64,000 nucleotides of DNA from a virus (lineage: Duplodnaviria; Caudoviricetes), in IMG/VR virus record IMGVR_UViG_3300044949_001928, positions 1,115 to 65,114 of that record. One strand, written 5' to 3'. The stretch's first letter is position 1; every line of letters starts with the position of its first letter. Made by a program: the position numbers and the translations under genes. The notes beneath the pieces are model-generated. The model saw only the letters and a program-made list of their open reading frames with translations, was not told the origin of the DNA and made no database searches. This document shows, one piece after another, positions 38,569-48,384 of this stretch.

Positions 38569-39030
38569 ATGGGACAACGTGCAACCGGTCTTGCCACTCG
38601 ACTGGCAATGCCATTCGACGCCCTCACCGTGCTGGTGGGCAGCGTCCTCCGCGGCCCTCGTGGCCGTGTGGCTGAAACCCGCACCGGTGCGGCTCAGCTC
38701 CTGAATACGTCTCTGAATCACCAGGACGTCTACCGGATCGTAGCCAGCGGGTCTTCCGCCTCTGCTGGCACCTACACGATCCAGGCGGCGCATGTGCCCG
38801 AGGGTGGCGCCCTGGCCTCTGCCAGCACCTACGCCACCATCGCCGTGATCACCTGCGCTCCCGGCATCCAGCGGATCGCCCTGCAAGGCGACACCGTTGA
38901 GCGGTTGGTGCGAGCTGCTGGCAGCCTCACCGGCGAAGTGTCGGTGCGTGCCGTCCGGGCTGTGGCCGGTACCGCTGGCGATGCGCCGGCTGGCACCAAC
39001 ACGATTCGCATCGTGCCGATCTACGACTGA
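38569..39030 (+). CDS. Putative capsid decoration/cement protein
   Basis: Follows the capsid gene and precedes a terminator-like hairpin. Confidence 0.55.
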   Translation: MGQRATGLATRLAMPFDALTVLVGSVLRGPRGRVAETRTGAAQLLNTSLNHQDVYRIVASGSSASAGTYTIQAAHVPEGGALASASTYATIAVITCAPGIQRIALQGDTVERLVRAAGSLTGEVSVRAVRAVAGTAGDAPAGTNTIRIVPIYD

Positions 39031-39039
39031 TCACCTCAC

Positions 39040-39060
39040 GGGGCCCTTCGGGGCCCTTTC
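39040..39060 (+). terminator. UUCG hairpin/terminator after the capsid genes
   Basis: GGGGCCC-TTCG-GGGCCCT followed by a short T run. Confidence 0.6.
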
Positions 39061-39248
39061 CTATCGCAATGAGCTACGCCATTCCAATCGGCATGACCCC
39101 CGAACAGGTCGCCCAGATCATGAACCCCGACACCAAACCCGCGGAGCCCGGTATCGCACCGGAGGACGCCCAGCAGGATCCCGACCTGGTGGGTGAACGC
39201 AAGCGCCCGCGCCGTGCGGAGAAGCCTCCGGAGGCGGAAACCTGAGGC

Positions 39249-39596
39249 ATGGAACCGATCAGCATCGCATTCCCGATCCAGCAAGGCGCACCGGCTTCGT
39301 TGCATCTTCGCTGGCGCAAAAGCGACGGGCCTGTTGTGCTGACCGGTTATACCGCAAACTGGGAGATATGGGACCCGAAGCGACGGACTAAGTACGCGGA
39401 AGTAACTGTAGAATTTCCTAACCGCAACGATGGGCAGATCCGCGGTCGCTTAACTGCAGAGCAAACCCTGGCAATTCCCACCAGGGCAGGGAGGGCTGTT
39501 CATGATCTGCACTTGTTCCCACCTTCTGGCGACTCGTTTTACCTGGTTCACGGGTCAGCGGTTGCAACGCCTCGCGTTTCTCACGGTGCGCCATGA
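39249..39596 (+). CDS. BppU-N-like virion adaptor protein
   Basis: PVVLTGYTA...LTAEQT...LVHG pattern. Confidence 0.6.
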   Translation: MEPISIAFPIQQGAPASLHLRWRKSDGPVVLTGYTANWEIWDPKRRTKYAEVTVEFPNRNDGQIRGRLTAEQTLAIPTRAGRAVHDLHLFPPSGDSFYLVHGSAVATPRVSHGAP

Positions 39597-40000
39597 GTGA
39601 AGACATCATCGATGTAATGACCACTTGGGGACCGGGGACGACATCCCAGGGCACGAGTGAAACCACTCTTATAGATGTGTTGCCAGAGGTGGCGCCGGGG
39701 ATTGTAGAAGTATCACTAGACGATCCCGTTTTAGAACTGGAGCGGGAAGCCGCAACCATTGAGGTGCTAACGCCCGCGGAGCCTGGGACCGGGCTGCCGA
39801 CATGGAGCGAGCTTGTTTTGCGGTGGGATTCGCAGCCTGTGAAACTGGGACAGATTGCAGCTGGCAGTGTTTACTCTTACACGCTTCAAGGGGTAACCAG
39901 GTACCGACTTGTCCCATCGCCTTACGTGATGGCGCAAGATGGGTTCTATGGCTCCTACGTTAATGGCGTGTTAATGGGCCTTATTACGTCGCGGGTGTGA
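39593..40000 (+). CDS. Hypothetical virion protein
   Basis: Coupled ORF. Confidence 0.6.
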   Translation: MSEDIIDVMTTWGPGTTSQGTSETTLIDVLPEVAPGIVEVSLDDPVLELEREAATIEVLTPAEPGTGLPTWSELVLRWDSQPVKLGQIAAGSVYSYTLQGVTRYRLVPSPYVMAQDGFYGSYVNGVLMGLITSRV

Positions 40001-40003
40001 AGC

Positions 40004-42472
40004 ATGGCAGCTATCACCAGCGCACAAACAGGCCTCGCGTCCGCTACGACGACCTGGGTGGGTGGCGTGGTACCCGGCGAGTTCGACACGGTGACCATCG
40101 CGACAGGGCACACGGTGACCCTGGACGGCGCCTTCATCTGGGGGAACGACGTGACAGGCGGCCTGGTCGTCAACGGGCGCCTAAGGGCCAGCCGCGCGGC
40201 CAACAGCCTGCTGACGCTCAAGACGACCGTCGCCAACGCCACCACGGGGGAATGGGACTGGGGGGTTGAGGGTGACACCATCCCGGCATCGGTGACCGCG
40301 GGGATCCGGATCAACTACTCCGGGGCGATGGCGAATAACAAATACGACATCCGACTCGGCACCACCAATCGCTTCAATCTCATCGGGATGCGTGGCGTAA
40401 ACAAGCGCCGTCACACCAAGACCACAACGGCGGTGGTGGGTGGCACCACCGTCACCTTCACGGTCGAAGATGCGACCGGCTGGGCGGTTGGCGACTGGCT
40501 CATCATCAGCGCCGATACGAACACCGTCAGTGCTCTAGTCGAATCCAAGCAGATCAGCGCAATCAGCGGAAACGATGTCACGGTGGCGACGGCGTGGACG
40601 AACAGTCGCGCTGCCGGGGCCGTGGTCGCGAACGTGTGGAGCAACGTATACGTCGAGCACTTCAATGCGGCGAATTTTGCTACGTTTTCAATCATCCCGC
40701 GCACGGGGATGCCTGCCAATTCGATAGACATAAAGAATGTCAGCTTTCATGGTGGTGGAACAACGCTTGACCAATCTGCTTTCGGGGTCACAAGCGCGCC
40801 CTTCTTCGCCAACTCGACCGCCGTGTTCCGTGATGGCGTGGTCGAGCGGTGCGCGGCGACCAACCTTCGCCGTGACGGAACGCTACCGACAATCGCGACG
40901 GGTGCCGGGCAAGGCTTCGGAATGGCCTTTAGCGCCATCGAGTTTGAATATCTGGAATGTGTGGCGGCGTTTCGTGCAGGGCCAAACTTTGGTTCTTCTT
41001 ATCGCGCTGCCTCGAACGCAATCGGTGTTGGCTTCCGGCGATGCTGCACCTTGAATATTTCCAACGCGCTCTTGTGCAACTTCTCCGAGGGCGGGCAGGG
41101 CATCCAGATCACCGACATGGTGGTTCGCAACGTCTCGCTTATCTCCAGCGTCACGCCGGGTAATGCAATCACCTGGAACGGCGGCGACTTCGATAGATAC
41201 GACCGCTTCGCCGCTCCCGGTGCGGGCTCCATTATCGTGAACGGTGCCAATTTCGGCACCAACAACTCGGGCTTCATCGGTAACAGCCTGTCCACGTCGC
41301 TTGCGCTACAAACCTGCGTGATAAACAACTCAACCGTCGGGTTGATGCAGTTGTTCAGTTCAATCTTCACGACCGGCCCTGCAAACCCGCTGGCCGAGTT
41401 CTCGTTCGTCAACAAGAACTCCGATGTGACGGTGCAGGAAATCCAGACGGCTCGCGGGTTCATCGCTCGGGATAACGCCGTCGACAAGCGAAGCACCTCC
41501 TCTATCCGCTTTCAGCCGCAGCGGGCCGGCGTGGCCCATGGCCGCTCCTATTCGCTGGTGGGCGCGGTTGCGGGTCGTCAGGTCATGGTGCGAGGCAGCC
41601 TGCGATTTGACACCACCTACGGCACGGCCACACCGCCATCGGTCACGCTGTCGGGCCAGGGCAGCACCCCGGCAACTTTTACGGCTCCGGCCACGGCAAA
41701 CAGCTGGCACGACTTCGCTCTGACCGTGACGCCCGCGTCCACGGGTGACCTGACTCTCACGGTGAGCGGCACCTCCGTAAACACCACGGGCAACTACTAC
41801 CTGGATGGGGTTATTATTGCACCTTTTGTGGTGGCAGCACGACACTACGGCTACCTGTACAATAATGCTGTATTTCAAACAGTCGATCCCGTTATAAGTG
41901 TCAGCAATGAGGCTGCAGTCGCGGCCTACACCGGTATCAGCATCAACCACGCTACGGATACGATCACGCTGACCGTCAGTCGCACCATCGCGCAGCTCTA
42001 TGACTACCTCCGCTATGACCTGGGCCTAACCGCAAACCTGGCCGAGCCGGACTACGTGGGTGGCACCCTGGCATCGCTGAGCATCGGGGCCTACAGCCTC
42101 GTCATCAACGGCTGCACCCTCACCAGTGGCGGATCGCTGACCACTACGGGCACGATCACCCTGACCAACGGCGGGGCCTTCGTCGGCGCCAGAACTGACA
42201 GCACGGGCACGGTCACATCGGCCACACTGACCGTGACGAACCTGGTGCCGGGGTCACTGGTGCGCATTCGCCGCACTGACACGCAGGCCGTTCTCGCGAG
42301 GACAACCGTAGCCGGTACTACGTTCACTTACAACTACAGCCACACAGTTAATGTGCCTATTGATGTAAGTGTGCGCAAATCCACCGGACTACCGGCCTAC
42401 CAGGAGTGGTTTAACACAGCCACTCTCCTGGCCGGCGGTGTATCGCTAACCGCTAACCAAGTACTCGACTGA
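40004..42472 (+). CDS. Fibre/adhesin with G8-like N-terminus and probable beta-helix
   Basis: TWVGGVVP...DTVTIATGHTVTLD; Thr/Gly/Asn-rich. Confidence 0.7.
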   Translation: MAAITSAQTGLASATTTWVGGVVPGEFDTVTIATGHTVTLDGAFIWGNDVTGGLVVNGRLRASRAANSLLTLKTTVANATTGEWDWGVEGDTIPASVTAGIRINYSGAMANNKYDIRLGTTNRFNLIGMRGVNKRRHTKTTTAVVGGTTVTFTVEDATGWAVGDWLIISADTNTVSALVESKQISAISGNDVTVATAWTNSRAAGAVVANVWSNVYVEHFNAANFATFSIIPRTGMPANSIDIKNVSFHGGGTTLDQSAFGVTSAPFFANSTAVFRDGVVERCAATNLRRDGTLPTIATGAGQGFGMAFSAIEFEYLECVAAFRAGPNFGSSYRAASNAIGVGFRRCCTLNISNALLCNFSEGGQGIQITDMVVRNVSLISSVTPGNAITWNGGDFDRYDRFAAPGAGSIIVNGANFGTNNSGFIGNSLSTSLALQTCVINNSTVGLMQLFSSIFTTGPANPLAEFSFVNKNSDVTVQEIQTARGFIARDNAVDKRSTSSIRFQPQRAGVAHGRSYSLVGAVAGRQVMVRGSLRFDTTYGTATPPSVTLSGQGSTPATFTAPATANSWHDFALTVTPASTGDLTLTVSGTSVNTTGNYYLDGVIIAPFVVAARHYGYLYNNAVFQTVDPVISVSNEAAVAAYTGISINHATDTITLTVSRTIAQLYDYLRYDLGLTANLAEPDYVGGTLASLSIGAYSLVINGCTLTSGGSLTTTGTITLTNGGAFVGARTDSTGTVTSATLTVTNLVPGSLVRIRRTDTQAVLARTTVAGTTFTYNYSHTVNVPIDVSVRKSTGLPAYQEWFNTATLLAGGVSLTANQVLD

Positions 42473-42483
42473 GGACTCTCATC

Positions 42484-43926
42484 ATGCCAATCGGGAACGA
42501 TTTCTCTGTCAATCCAAACGGTGACATCCGCAGGCAGGCGGGCGCATCTGGCACTATTTACACCACACTGGAACTGCACGCCTGGCTGCAGGATCTGGCG
42601 GATGATGAACAGTTTTCTGGCGACGATGAACTTGATTGTTTCTCGCCCAACCCCAGCAAGCTAGACGGGCCTCGCGATGCGGCGGTCGCGTCCAGATTGA
42701 ACCTGCTAAGCGAAGGATCGATAGCATTCAACCTGGATGCAGCTGCAGCTCAGTTCATAAACTTTGGGTCGATCAAGCAGCAAAGCGGAGCGGTTCAGTA
42801 CTCGGGCCTCAAGACCATCGGCGGAATCGTCGCGGCTTCGCCCGTTTATGTCGTACAGAATGGCAATAAAATTACGAAATTCTGGAACAATGGGCATATT
42901 CAGATCCTCGTCCAAGTTCGCAGCGGCGGCAACCTTATCGATTCCGGGAACGTAACCGCCTTCTCCCGTAAGTGGGGGCAAACCTACAGCCACTTCGATG
43001 TAAACCTTTCGGCTGGTGGCGAGTCGAACGCGGCGCTTTCAACTCAAATCGACTCAAGCATCGCACTGACCGAGGCCCAAGCGGCGGCGCTATCGAGCAA
43101 AGTTACGGTCACATTTGGTGACACAACGCTCGACCTTGGCAACGACAACGGCTCGCGCAGTTACAAGGGTACCATTGCCTTGTCCGGTAACTGCACCTTA
43201 CAGGAAGCCTACCAGTATCTGCAGTACATCACCCGCGAAGGATCCACTACCACGCTGAACGGTGTGCCGGGCTGGCGCTACCGCGTGCTTAATTCCACCT
43301 ATCCCGAAATTCCAGCGGCACCGTTTGGCGCTTTCGCTGGTGGCACGTTCTTCGTTGCTCGTGGCTGGGCGCTGACCGGAGTGCTTGCCGCGGAAGCGCG
43401 GCAGTATCAACTGATCGATCACGATGGCGTTACCCAGGTCCCGCCCACGCTGGCAACTATCACCATTGGCAACCTGGTGGCAGGCGATCGTGTTCTTTGC
43501 GTTCGCAGCACCGAAGGCGGCGCCCTACTCATTGATGAATACACTCCTGTGCCAGCGGCCAGCGGTGCCACATCGCTACAGGTTGCAGAACCCATCAAAG
43601 GCGATACGCCCACCAGTGGGGTCATTCGCATTAAGAAGCGGCGCTACACTTATACAGCATATTCCGCTAGCACAAAAACCTTTAACGGACTTTCACCGGT
43701 TCTGGCGTCTGCAATCGTTGCCACTGATGATGTGTTTGTTCCGCTCATTGATCGCGCGGCAACCGCAACCAGCGAGAGTGTAACTTTCCCTTATGCGAGC
43801 AATTTTAGCGCAAGGGTTGACGTACGGAATGGATCCGGGATTTTGCCTATCATTCCGTTCGCCACTATCCTGTCTGTAAATCCCATAGGCGGAAGCGTAA
43901 ATGCAATTCGCCAATATGATGTGTAA
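42484..43926 (+). CDS. Beta-rich virion protein
   Basis: YTTLELHAWLQDLADD; L.E.Y.YL.Y motif shared with its neighbours. Confidence 0.7.
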   Translation: MPIGNDFSVNPNGDIRRQAGASGTIYTTLELHAWLQDLADDEQFSGDDELDCFSPNPSKLDGPRDAAVASRLNLLSEGSIAFNLDAAAAQFINFGSIKQQSGAVQYSGLKTIGGIVAASPVYVVQNGNKITKFWNNGHIQILVQVRSGGNLIDSGNVTAFSRKWGQTYSHFDVNLSAGGESNAALSTQIDSSIALTEAQAAALSSKVTVTFGDTTLDLGNDNGSRSYKGTIALSGNCTLQEAYQYLQYITREGSTTTLNGVPGWRYRVLNSTYPEIPAAPFGAFAGGTFFVARGWALTGVLAAEARQYQLIDHDGVTQVPPTLATITIGNLVAGDRVLCVRSTEGGALLIDEYTPVPAASGATSLQVAEPIKGDTPTSGVIRIKKRRYTYTAYSASTKTFNGLSPVLASAIVATDDVFVPLIDRAATATSESVTFPYASNFSARVDVRNGSGILPIIPFATILSVNPIGGSVNAIRQYDV

Positions 43927-43928
43927 AG

Positions 43929-44441
43929 ATGTCTTACTACGCGGTTCCTTTCACTTTTAACTTTCAGGCCTCGAAGATCGATATTGACCTTGGAGCGACT
44001 GACGTAGATTGCCAAGACCTCTATGATGCCTGTAAACTTGCGCAGGCAAGCGAGGAAGGGATCCTCTATGACCCAATCGCAGTCGGCTCCGGCCTCTCGG
44101 TCCTCGGCCCCGGTGTCCAGGTCGGTCTCACCGTCAAGCTACTGGGGAACTGGCAACTTCAATTCCCACCCGGCGACTACAACGTCGGAAGGGTTGCCGG
44201 AGGAAACCTTGTCGGAGGCCCCGGAGACGACCCCATCGCCTACACCCCAGGAGTCCAGATCCTCCTGATCCAGTCGGCTGCATCGACCGTAGTGGTCACT
44301 GGTGGGTCATCGCTGACGCCACAGGAGTCCGCAAGGCTGATGGCGCTTGACACGAATGCGGTCAGGGCGGATCTTGCCGTCGTCAACCGGGGCGTACAAA
44401 ACGCGTCGCTGCTGATCCCGCACGGGGAGAATCTTCCCTGA
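43929..44441 (+). CDS. Virion protein related to the two preceding genes
   Basis: VDCQDLYDACK motif. Confidence 0.65.
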   Translation: MSYYAVPFTFNFQASKIDIDLGATDVDCQDLYDACKLAQASEEGILYDPIAVGSGLSVLGPGVQVGLTVKLLGNWQLQFPPGDYNVGRVAGGNLVGGPGDDPIAYTPGVQILLIQSAASTVVVTGGSSLTPQESARLMALDTNAVRADLAVVNRGVQNASLLIPHGENLP

Positions 44442-44460
44442 TGACGCGGAAACCTTGAGC

Positions 44461-44820
44461 ATGAGCGCCCTCACCCCCGACTACCGCTACGAACTCGACC
44501 GGGTAGTGCGCGTCATCGACGGCGACACCATTGAGGTGGTCGTGGGCCGAGACGTGGGCTTCCGCTGCCGCCCCACCTGGCAGATCCGGGTACGGCTGGA
44601 GGGGGGCGATACCCCGGAAGTCCGCGGTGGCACGCCAGCGGACCAGGTGCGGGCCCACCAGGCCAGGGAATTAGCGGCGGCGTGGCTTGCGAGGGGGGCG
44701 GCGATCGTGGCCACCAGCGGGCGGACAACCTTCGAGCGGTGGCTCGCGACGATCACCCGCGGAGAGGAATCCCTGGCGGACGCGCTCGTGCTCGCCGGGC
44801 TGGCGCGGAGGGTGGGATGA
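44461..44820 (+). CDS. Thermonuclease (SNase-like)
   Basis: VVRVIDGDT...RVRLEGGDTPE...FERWLA...LVLAGLAR. Confidence 0.85.
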   Translation: MSALTPDYRYELDRVVRVIDGDTIEVVVGRDVGFRCRPTWQIRVRLEGGDTPEVRGGTPADQVRAHQARELAAAWLARGAAIVATSGRTTFERWLATITRGEESLADALVLAGLARRVG

Positions 44821-45266
44821 GCGGCGAGATTGCGCGGCCGTCACAGCAGCAGCCACCCCAGGACCTCAACTACGCCATCGGCCTCCTGGTGGGAACGGTT
44901 GATTCCCTGACGAAAGCGGTAGGGAAGCAGGAGGAAAGCCTCCACGCTGCCATCAAGCGATGTGAAGGTCAATCCGCCGCATACCTGAAAAGGCTAGAGG
45001 AGATGGAGCGTCGCTTCTATACGTTAGAAAGCAACCTGGTAACAAGGGAAGACTTCAAAGACTTATCCGATACCGTGCAAAAACTTAGCGAATCATCCGC
45101 AAGGCGTGAGGGCGGAACAAGTTTCTTGGGAGTTGTTTCCGATAAGGCTGCTACCTGGCTGACTCTGATTATCGCAGGGGCGGCGCTGGTGGTTTCGCTC
45201 ACCTCACGCGAGGCCCCGGCGCCAAAGGACCTTCCGGAGCAACCGGAGCGGATCGGCCAACAGTGA
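44817..45266 (+). CDS. Coiled-coil protein with C-terminal TM helix
   Basis: WLTLIIAGAALVVSL. Confidence 0.6.
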   Translation: MSGEIARPSQQQPPQDLNYAIGLLVGTVDSLTKAVGKQEESLHAAIKRCEGQSAAYLKRLEEMERRFYTLESNLVTREDFKDLSDTVQKLSESSARREGGTSFLGVVSDKAATWLTLIIAGAALVVSLTSREAPAPKDLPEQPERIGQQ

Positions 45267-45519
45267 AAAATGCTGGCGATGCCCGGCGAACCGAGCACCG
45301 CTGCCACACGCGCGACGGATCGAGCATGACGCCGTGGGAACCACCCCGCGGCGTTCACCAACCGTAGCAGATCCAGAGCGGAGAGAAGCCCCTGGGCCGC
45401 GTGGATTCCAGGGGCAGAACCCACCATCCTCAGTAGGCCGGGGTTCGGCAAGCCGCGCGAACAGTGCGAATCCGGAACGGGTCTGCTACGATTGCGGAGC
45501 CACACCACGAGAGCACCCC

Positions 45520-45663
45520 ATGCCCTACTGGGATCCCGAGGACGACCTCCACCCGCACGACTACGAGGACTACGAGCCGGGCGAGGACGACCGCGACGAC
45601 TACGAAGGCGCCGAAGCCCTGACCGCAGCCGAGCGAAACCCCTCCATGCTGCGGGGGGTGTGA
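45520..45663 (+). CDS. Small acidic protein
   Basis: MPYWDPEDDLHPHDYEDYE...LTAAERNPSM; TGCTACGAT extended -10-like element upstream. Confidence 0.55.
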   Translation: MPYWDPEDDLHPHDYEDYEPGEDDRDDYEGAEALTAAERNPSMLRGV

Positions 45664-46277
45664 TGAGTGGCGGGACGCTGTTCGCTCTCACGGGCGAAGG
45701 TCTCGCCCTGCAGCGGCAGATCGACAAAGAAGCCCAGCGCCTGTTCTCTGACGATCCGGCGGAGGTGGCGGAAGCCACTTCAGCCCTAGAAGCCCTGATC
45801 ACCGCGGAAGCGAAGAACCGCAGCGCGCTGGAAGCCAAGGCAGATGCCTGGTGCTGGGTGATCGACGGCCTACGGGCCCGAGCCGCCGCGCAGAAAGAGC
45901 ACGGCAAGCGGCTGGCCTCCCTGGCAAAGGAGGCCGAGCAGCGGGCCGATGCCCTGCAGGATCGCCTCGTGGCGGCCCTATTGCGGGTTCGCCCCGATGA
46001 GACCTCGTTCACCCTGCCCGAGCACAAGCTCACCAGCAGGAGGAGCACGGCGGTGGAGGTGGATCCGGATTTAGATCTGGGAGATCTTCCCGCAGGGCTC
46101 TACCGGATGAAGATCGAGCCGGACAAGGACGCTGTCAAAAAGCGGATCCAGGCCGCTATCGCCGCGGCCACCGCCGGCCTAGAGGGCGAAGAAGCCGCCA
46201 TCGCCGCCGCCACTGCCGCCGTGACCGCCATTCCTGGGATTTCCCTGGTAGAACGGCGAAGCTGGGCAATCGGCTGA
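45663..46277 (+). CDS. Siphovirus Gp157-like protein
   Basis: KADAWCWVI...RRSTAVEV...EPDKDAVK...GISLVERRSW. Confidence 0.8.
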   Translation: MSGGTLFALTGEGLALQRQIDKEAQRLFSDDPAEVAEATSALEALITAEAKNRSALEAKADAWCWVIDGLRARAAAQKEHGKRLASLAKEAEQRADALQDRLVAALLRVRPDETSFTLPEHKLTSRRSTAVEVDPDLDLGDLPAGLYRMKIEPDKDAVKKRIQAAIAAATAGLEGEEAAIAAATAAVTAIPGISLVERRSWAIG

Positions 46278-46343
46278 TCCCCTACCCCCACCAGGTACCC
46301 GCCATGCTCTGACCCGCTGCGCCTCGCCGGGGGGCAAAACCCG

Positions 46344-46778
46344 GTGCATCACTCACATTTCACCCCATTGCATTCCGTGAACAGCAAACACCTCGCGGCC
46401 TCTTGGCTCTTTTTCATCGCTGGTAGCGCCGCAGCGCTTGCCTTCGTTATCTGGCTCATTCCACAACTTGGCATTTACTACGCCACTAGCAACGGCAAGG
46501 CGGCTTTAATGGAAGCTGAATCCACCAGGCAGGTCCGCGTTCTTGAATCCAGGGCCAAAAAGGACGCCGCCACTTATGAGGCAGATGCCGAAATTGAACG
46601 AGCTAAAGGCGTTGCTCAAGCCAACAAAATTATCGGTGATAGCCTGAAAGATAACCCTCGCTATCTGCAGTATCTCTACATCACGGGACTGCAAGAGGGA
46701 TCTGAGAAAGGCAACCGCACCATCTACGTCCCCACTGAGGGCGGGATGCCTGTTCCTACCTTGGACATTGAACGCTGA
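46344..46778 (+). CDS. SPFH/band-7-related membrane protein
   Basis: TM helix, AEIERAKGVAQANKIIGDSL, YLQYL, IYVPTEGGMP. Confidence 0.75.
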   Translation: MHHSHFTPLHSVNSKHLAASWLFFIAGSAAALAFVIWLIPQLGIYYATSNGKAALMEAESTRQVRVLESRAKKDAATYEADAEIERAKGVAQANKIIGDSLKDNPRYLQYLYITGLQEGSEKGNRTIYVPTEGGMPVPTLDIER

Positions 46779-46847
46779 CCCGCTGCGCCTCGCCGGGGAC
46801 CGAAACCCGGCGATTTCGCCGCCGCTCGCCCGTATCCCCCATCCACC

Positions 46848-47225
46848 ATGCCAGCCACTCCAATCAACCGCCCGCAATCAAGCAAGGCGCTCGCTTACAT
46901 GCACGATATCCTTGACGCCGCTCACGACATCATCCCCCGCGAGGCCCGGCTTCCCGCCGCGGGGGAAAGGAACGGCCGGCAGGTTCTCATCCTGGAGGCC
47001 CTTCTCCGTGCTGCCGCCGCAACCGCTCGCGGCATCGCCGACAACACGCAGGAGGACCGCTCCCCCCTGGTGGGCAGCGTGGCCAGTCCCTTGCTGAGGC
47101 TCACGGGCGTCATCACCACCGCCATTACCGATGCCACCAACCCACAGCACGGCAACACATGGGGAGCTCCGGCCAGCACCCAGGGCCTCGGCATGCCGTC
47201 GATGAGCGGGGAGGAGCTGGTGTGA
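46848..47225 (+). CDS. Hypothetical protein
   Basis: ORF directly after a junction repeat. Confidence 0.55.
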   Translation: MPATPINRPQSSKALAYMHDILDAAHDIIPREARLPAAGERNGRQVLILEALLRAAAATARGIADNTQEDRSPLVGSVASPLLRLTGVITTAITDATNPQHGNTWGAPASTQGLGMPSMSGEELV

Positions 47226-47411
47226 GATGATGTGCATTATCACCTACCCAAATAGGTATGGGCTCACCACAATGGAGTGGATCGCCCCGGCAGGGTGGAC
47301 ACTGCAACAGGTCTCGGACGCCTTCCGTAGACAGCACCAAGTGCAACCGCTGCACATCACCATCATCCCCTAACCTATCGCCACGGTCGCTATCGGCCGT
47401 GGCTTTTTACC

Positions 47412-48164
47412 ATGACAGCACATTCTCCCACCATGCCAATTGACCCACGCTTCCGGGTGGAACTCATCACAGCCACGCCAAACCCGCAGCAGGTTGTTTA
47501 TGCAGCCATGCACCAGGACTACAGCGAGGGCTTTGTCGCCGACGATCGAGGCGACTGGCCCGATGAGAAGACAGCCGGTGAGATCTGCATCAAACGCCTG
47601 CTGGCCGGCGAACGGGGCCACTACGGGCCACTAGAGCACGCCCAGATCGTGCTAAATGTGGGCTGGTTTCCCCATTCGGTGATGCAACAGGCCCGCACCC
47701 ACAGGGTGGGGGTTTCGTTTGACGTGCAGTCGATGCGTTACACGGGTGAGCGTATCTGCCGCGCTGCGATGGGGCAGATCGACATAGAGGAGGTGTTTTA
47801 CTTGCGGCCGGTTGGCGACTACAGCGACCGCCAGGGCAAAAAATACCACTACGGCCAGAACCAGCGGGGGATCGATCGGGAGCTTTGCCGCAACGCCGCC
47901 GAGCGCTACCGCGACCTGCTGGCCTCCGGCTTCGCCGAAGAGCACGCCCGCGGGATTCTCCCTTTCGACTACCGGCAACATTTCGTGGTGAGCTTCACCC
48001 TGCGAGCCCTGCTGCACTTCCTCGACCTGCGGGCCAAGCTCGATGCACAGCAGGAGATCCGCTGGCTGTGTGAGCTGATCTGGCCCCACCTGCAGGGATG
48101 GGCGCCAGAGATTGCCGCCTGGTACGAGAAAAGCCGCCTACACCGGGCCCGGCTGGCGCCGTAG
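47412..48164 (+). CDS. thyX: FAD-dependent thymidylate synthase
   Basis: GHYGPLEH, QARTHR...SFDVQSMRY, EHARGILP, FLDLR...AQQEI. Confidence 0.97.
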   Translation: MTAHSPTMPIDPRFRVELITATPNPQQVVYAAMHQDYSEGFVADDRGDWPDEKTAGEICIKRLLAGERGHYGPLEHAQIVLNVGWFPHSVMQQARTHRVGVSFDVQSMRYTGERICRAAMGQIDIEEVFYLRPVGDYSDRQGKKYHYGQNQRGIDRELCRNAAERYRDLLASGFAEEHARGILPFDYRQHFVVSFTLRALLHFLDLRAKLDAQQEIRWLCELIWPHLQGWAPEIAAWYEKSRLHRARLAP

Positions 48165-48384
48165 GGCGATGCGCGGCTCGTGCGCGTAGGCGCGGGCCAG
48201 CTCCCTCAGCCGCCGATGCTCGGGGCGATCTGGTGGGATGTACGCCTCACAGAACAGCGCGATGATCGGCGGCGGCAGGTTGCTGCTTCCCTCCCCTGCC
48301 GGCGCGGTTCGTCGCTGGCAGTCCTGGCACTCCTCCAGCCAGTCATCAGGGCCGTCACCCCATCCGGGGCAGTGGGCGATGGGG

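Noticed and set aside
44420-44462. CTGATGA-CGCG-GAAAC resembling a hammerhead ribozyme core
   Set aside because: No room for stem II and no correctly placed stem III or cleavage triplet; explained by tandem stop codons followed by the late motif
45270-45500. Possible tRNA or structured ncRNA in an intergenic gap
   Set aside because: No cloverleaf or T-loop consensus; pairing is unconvincing for GC-rich DNA
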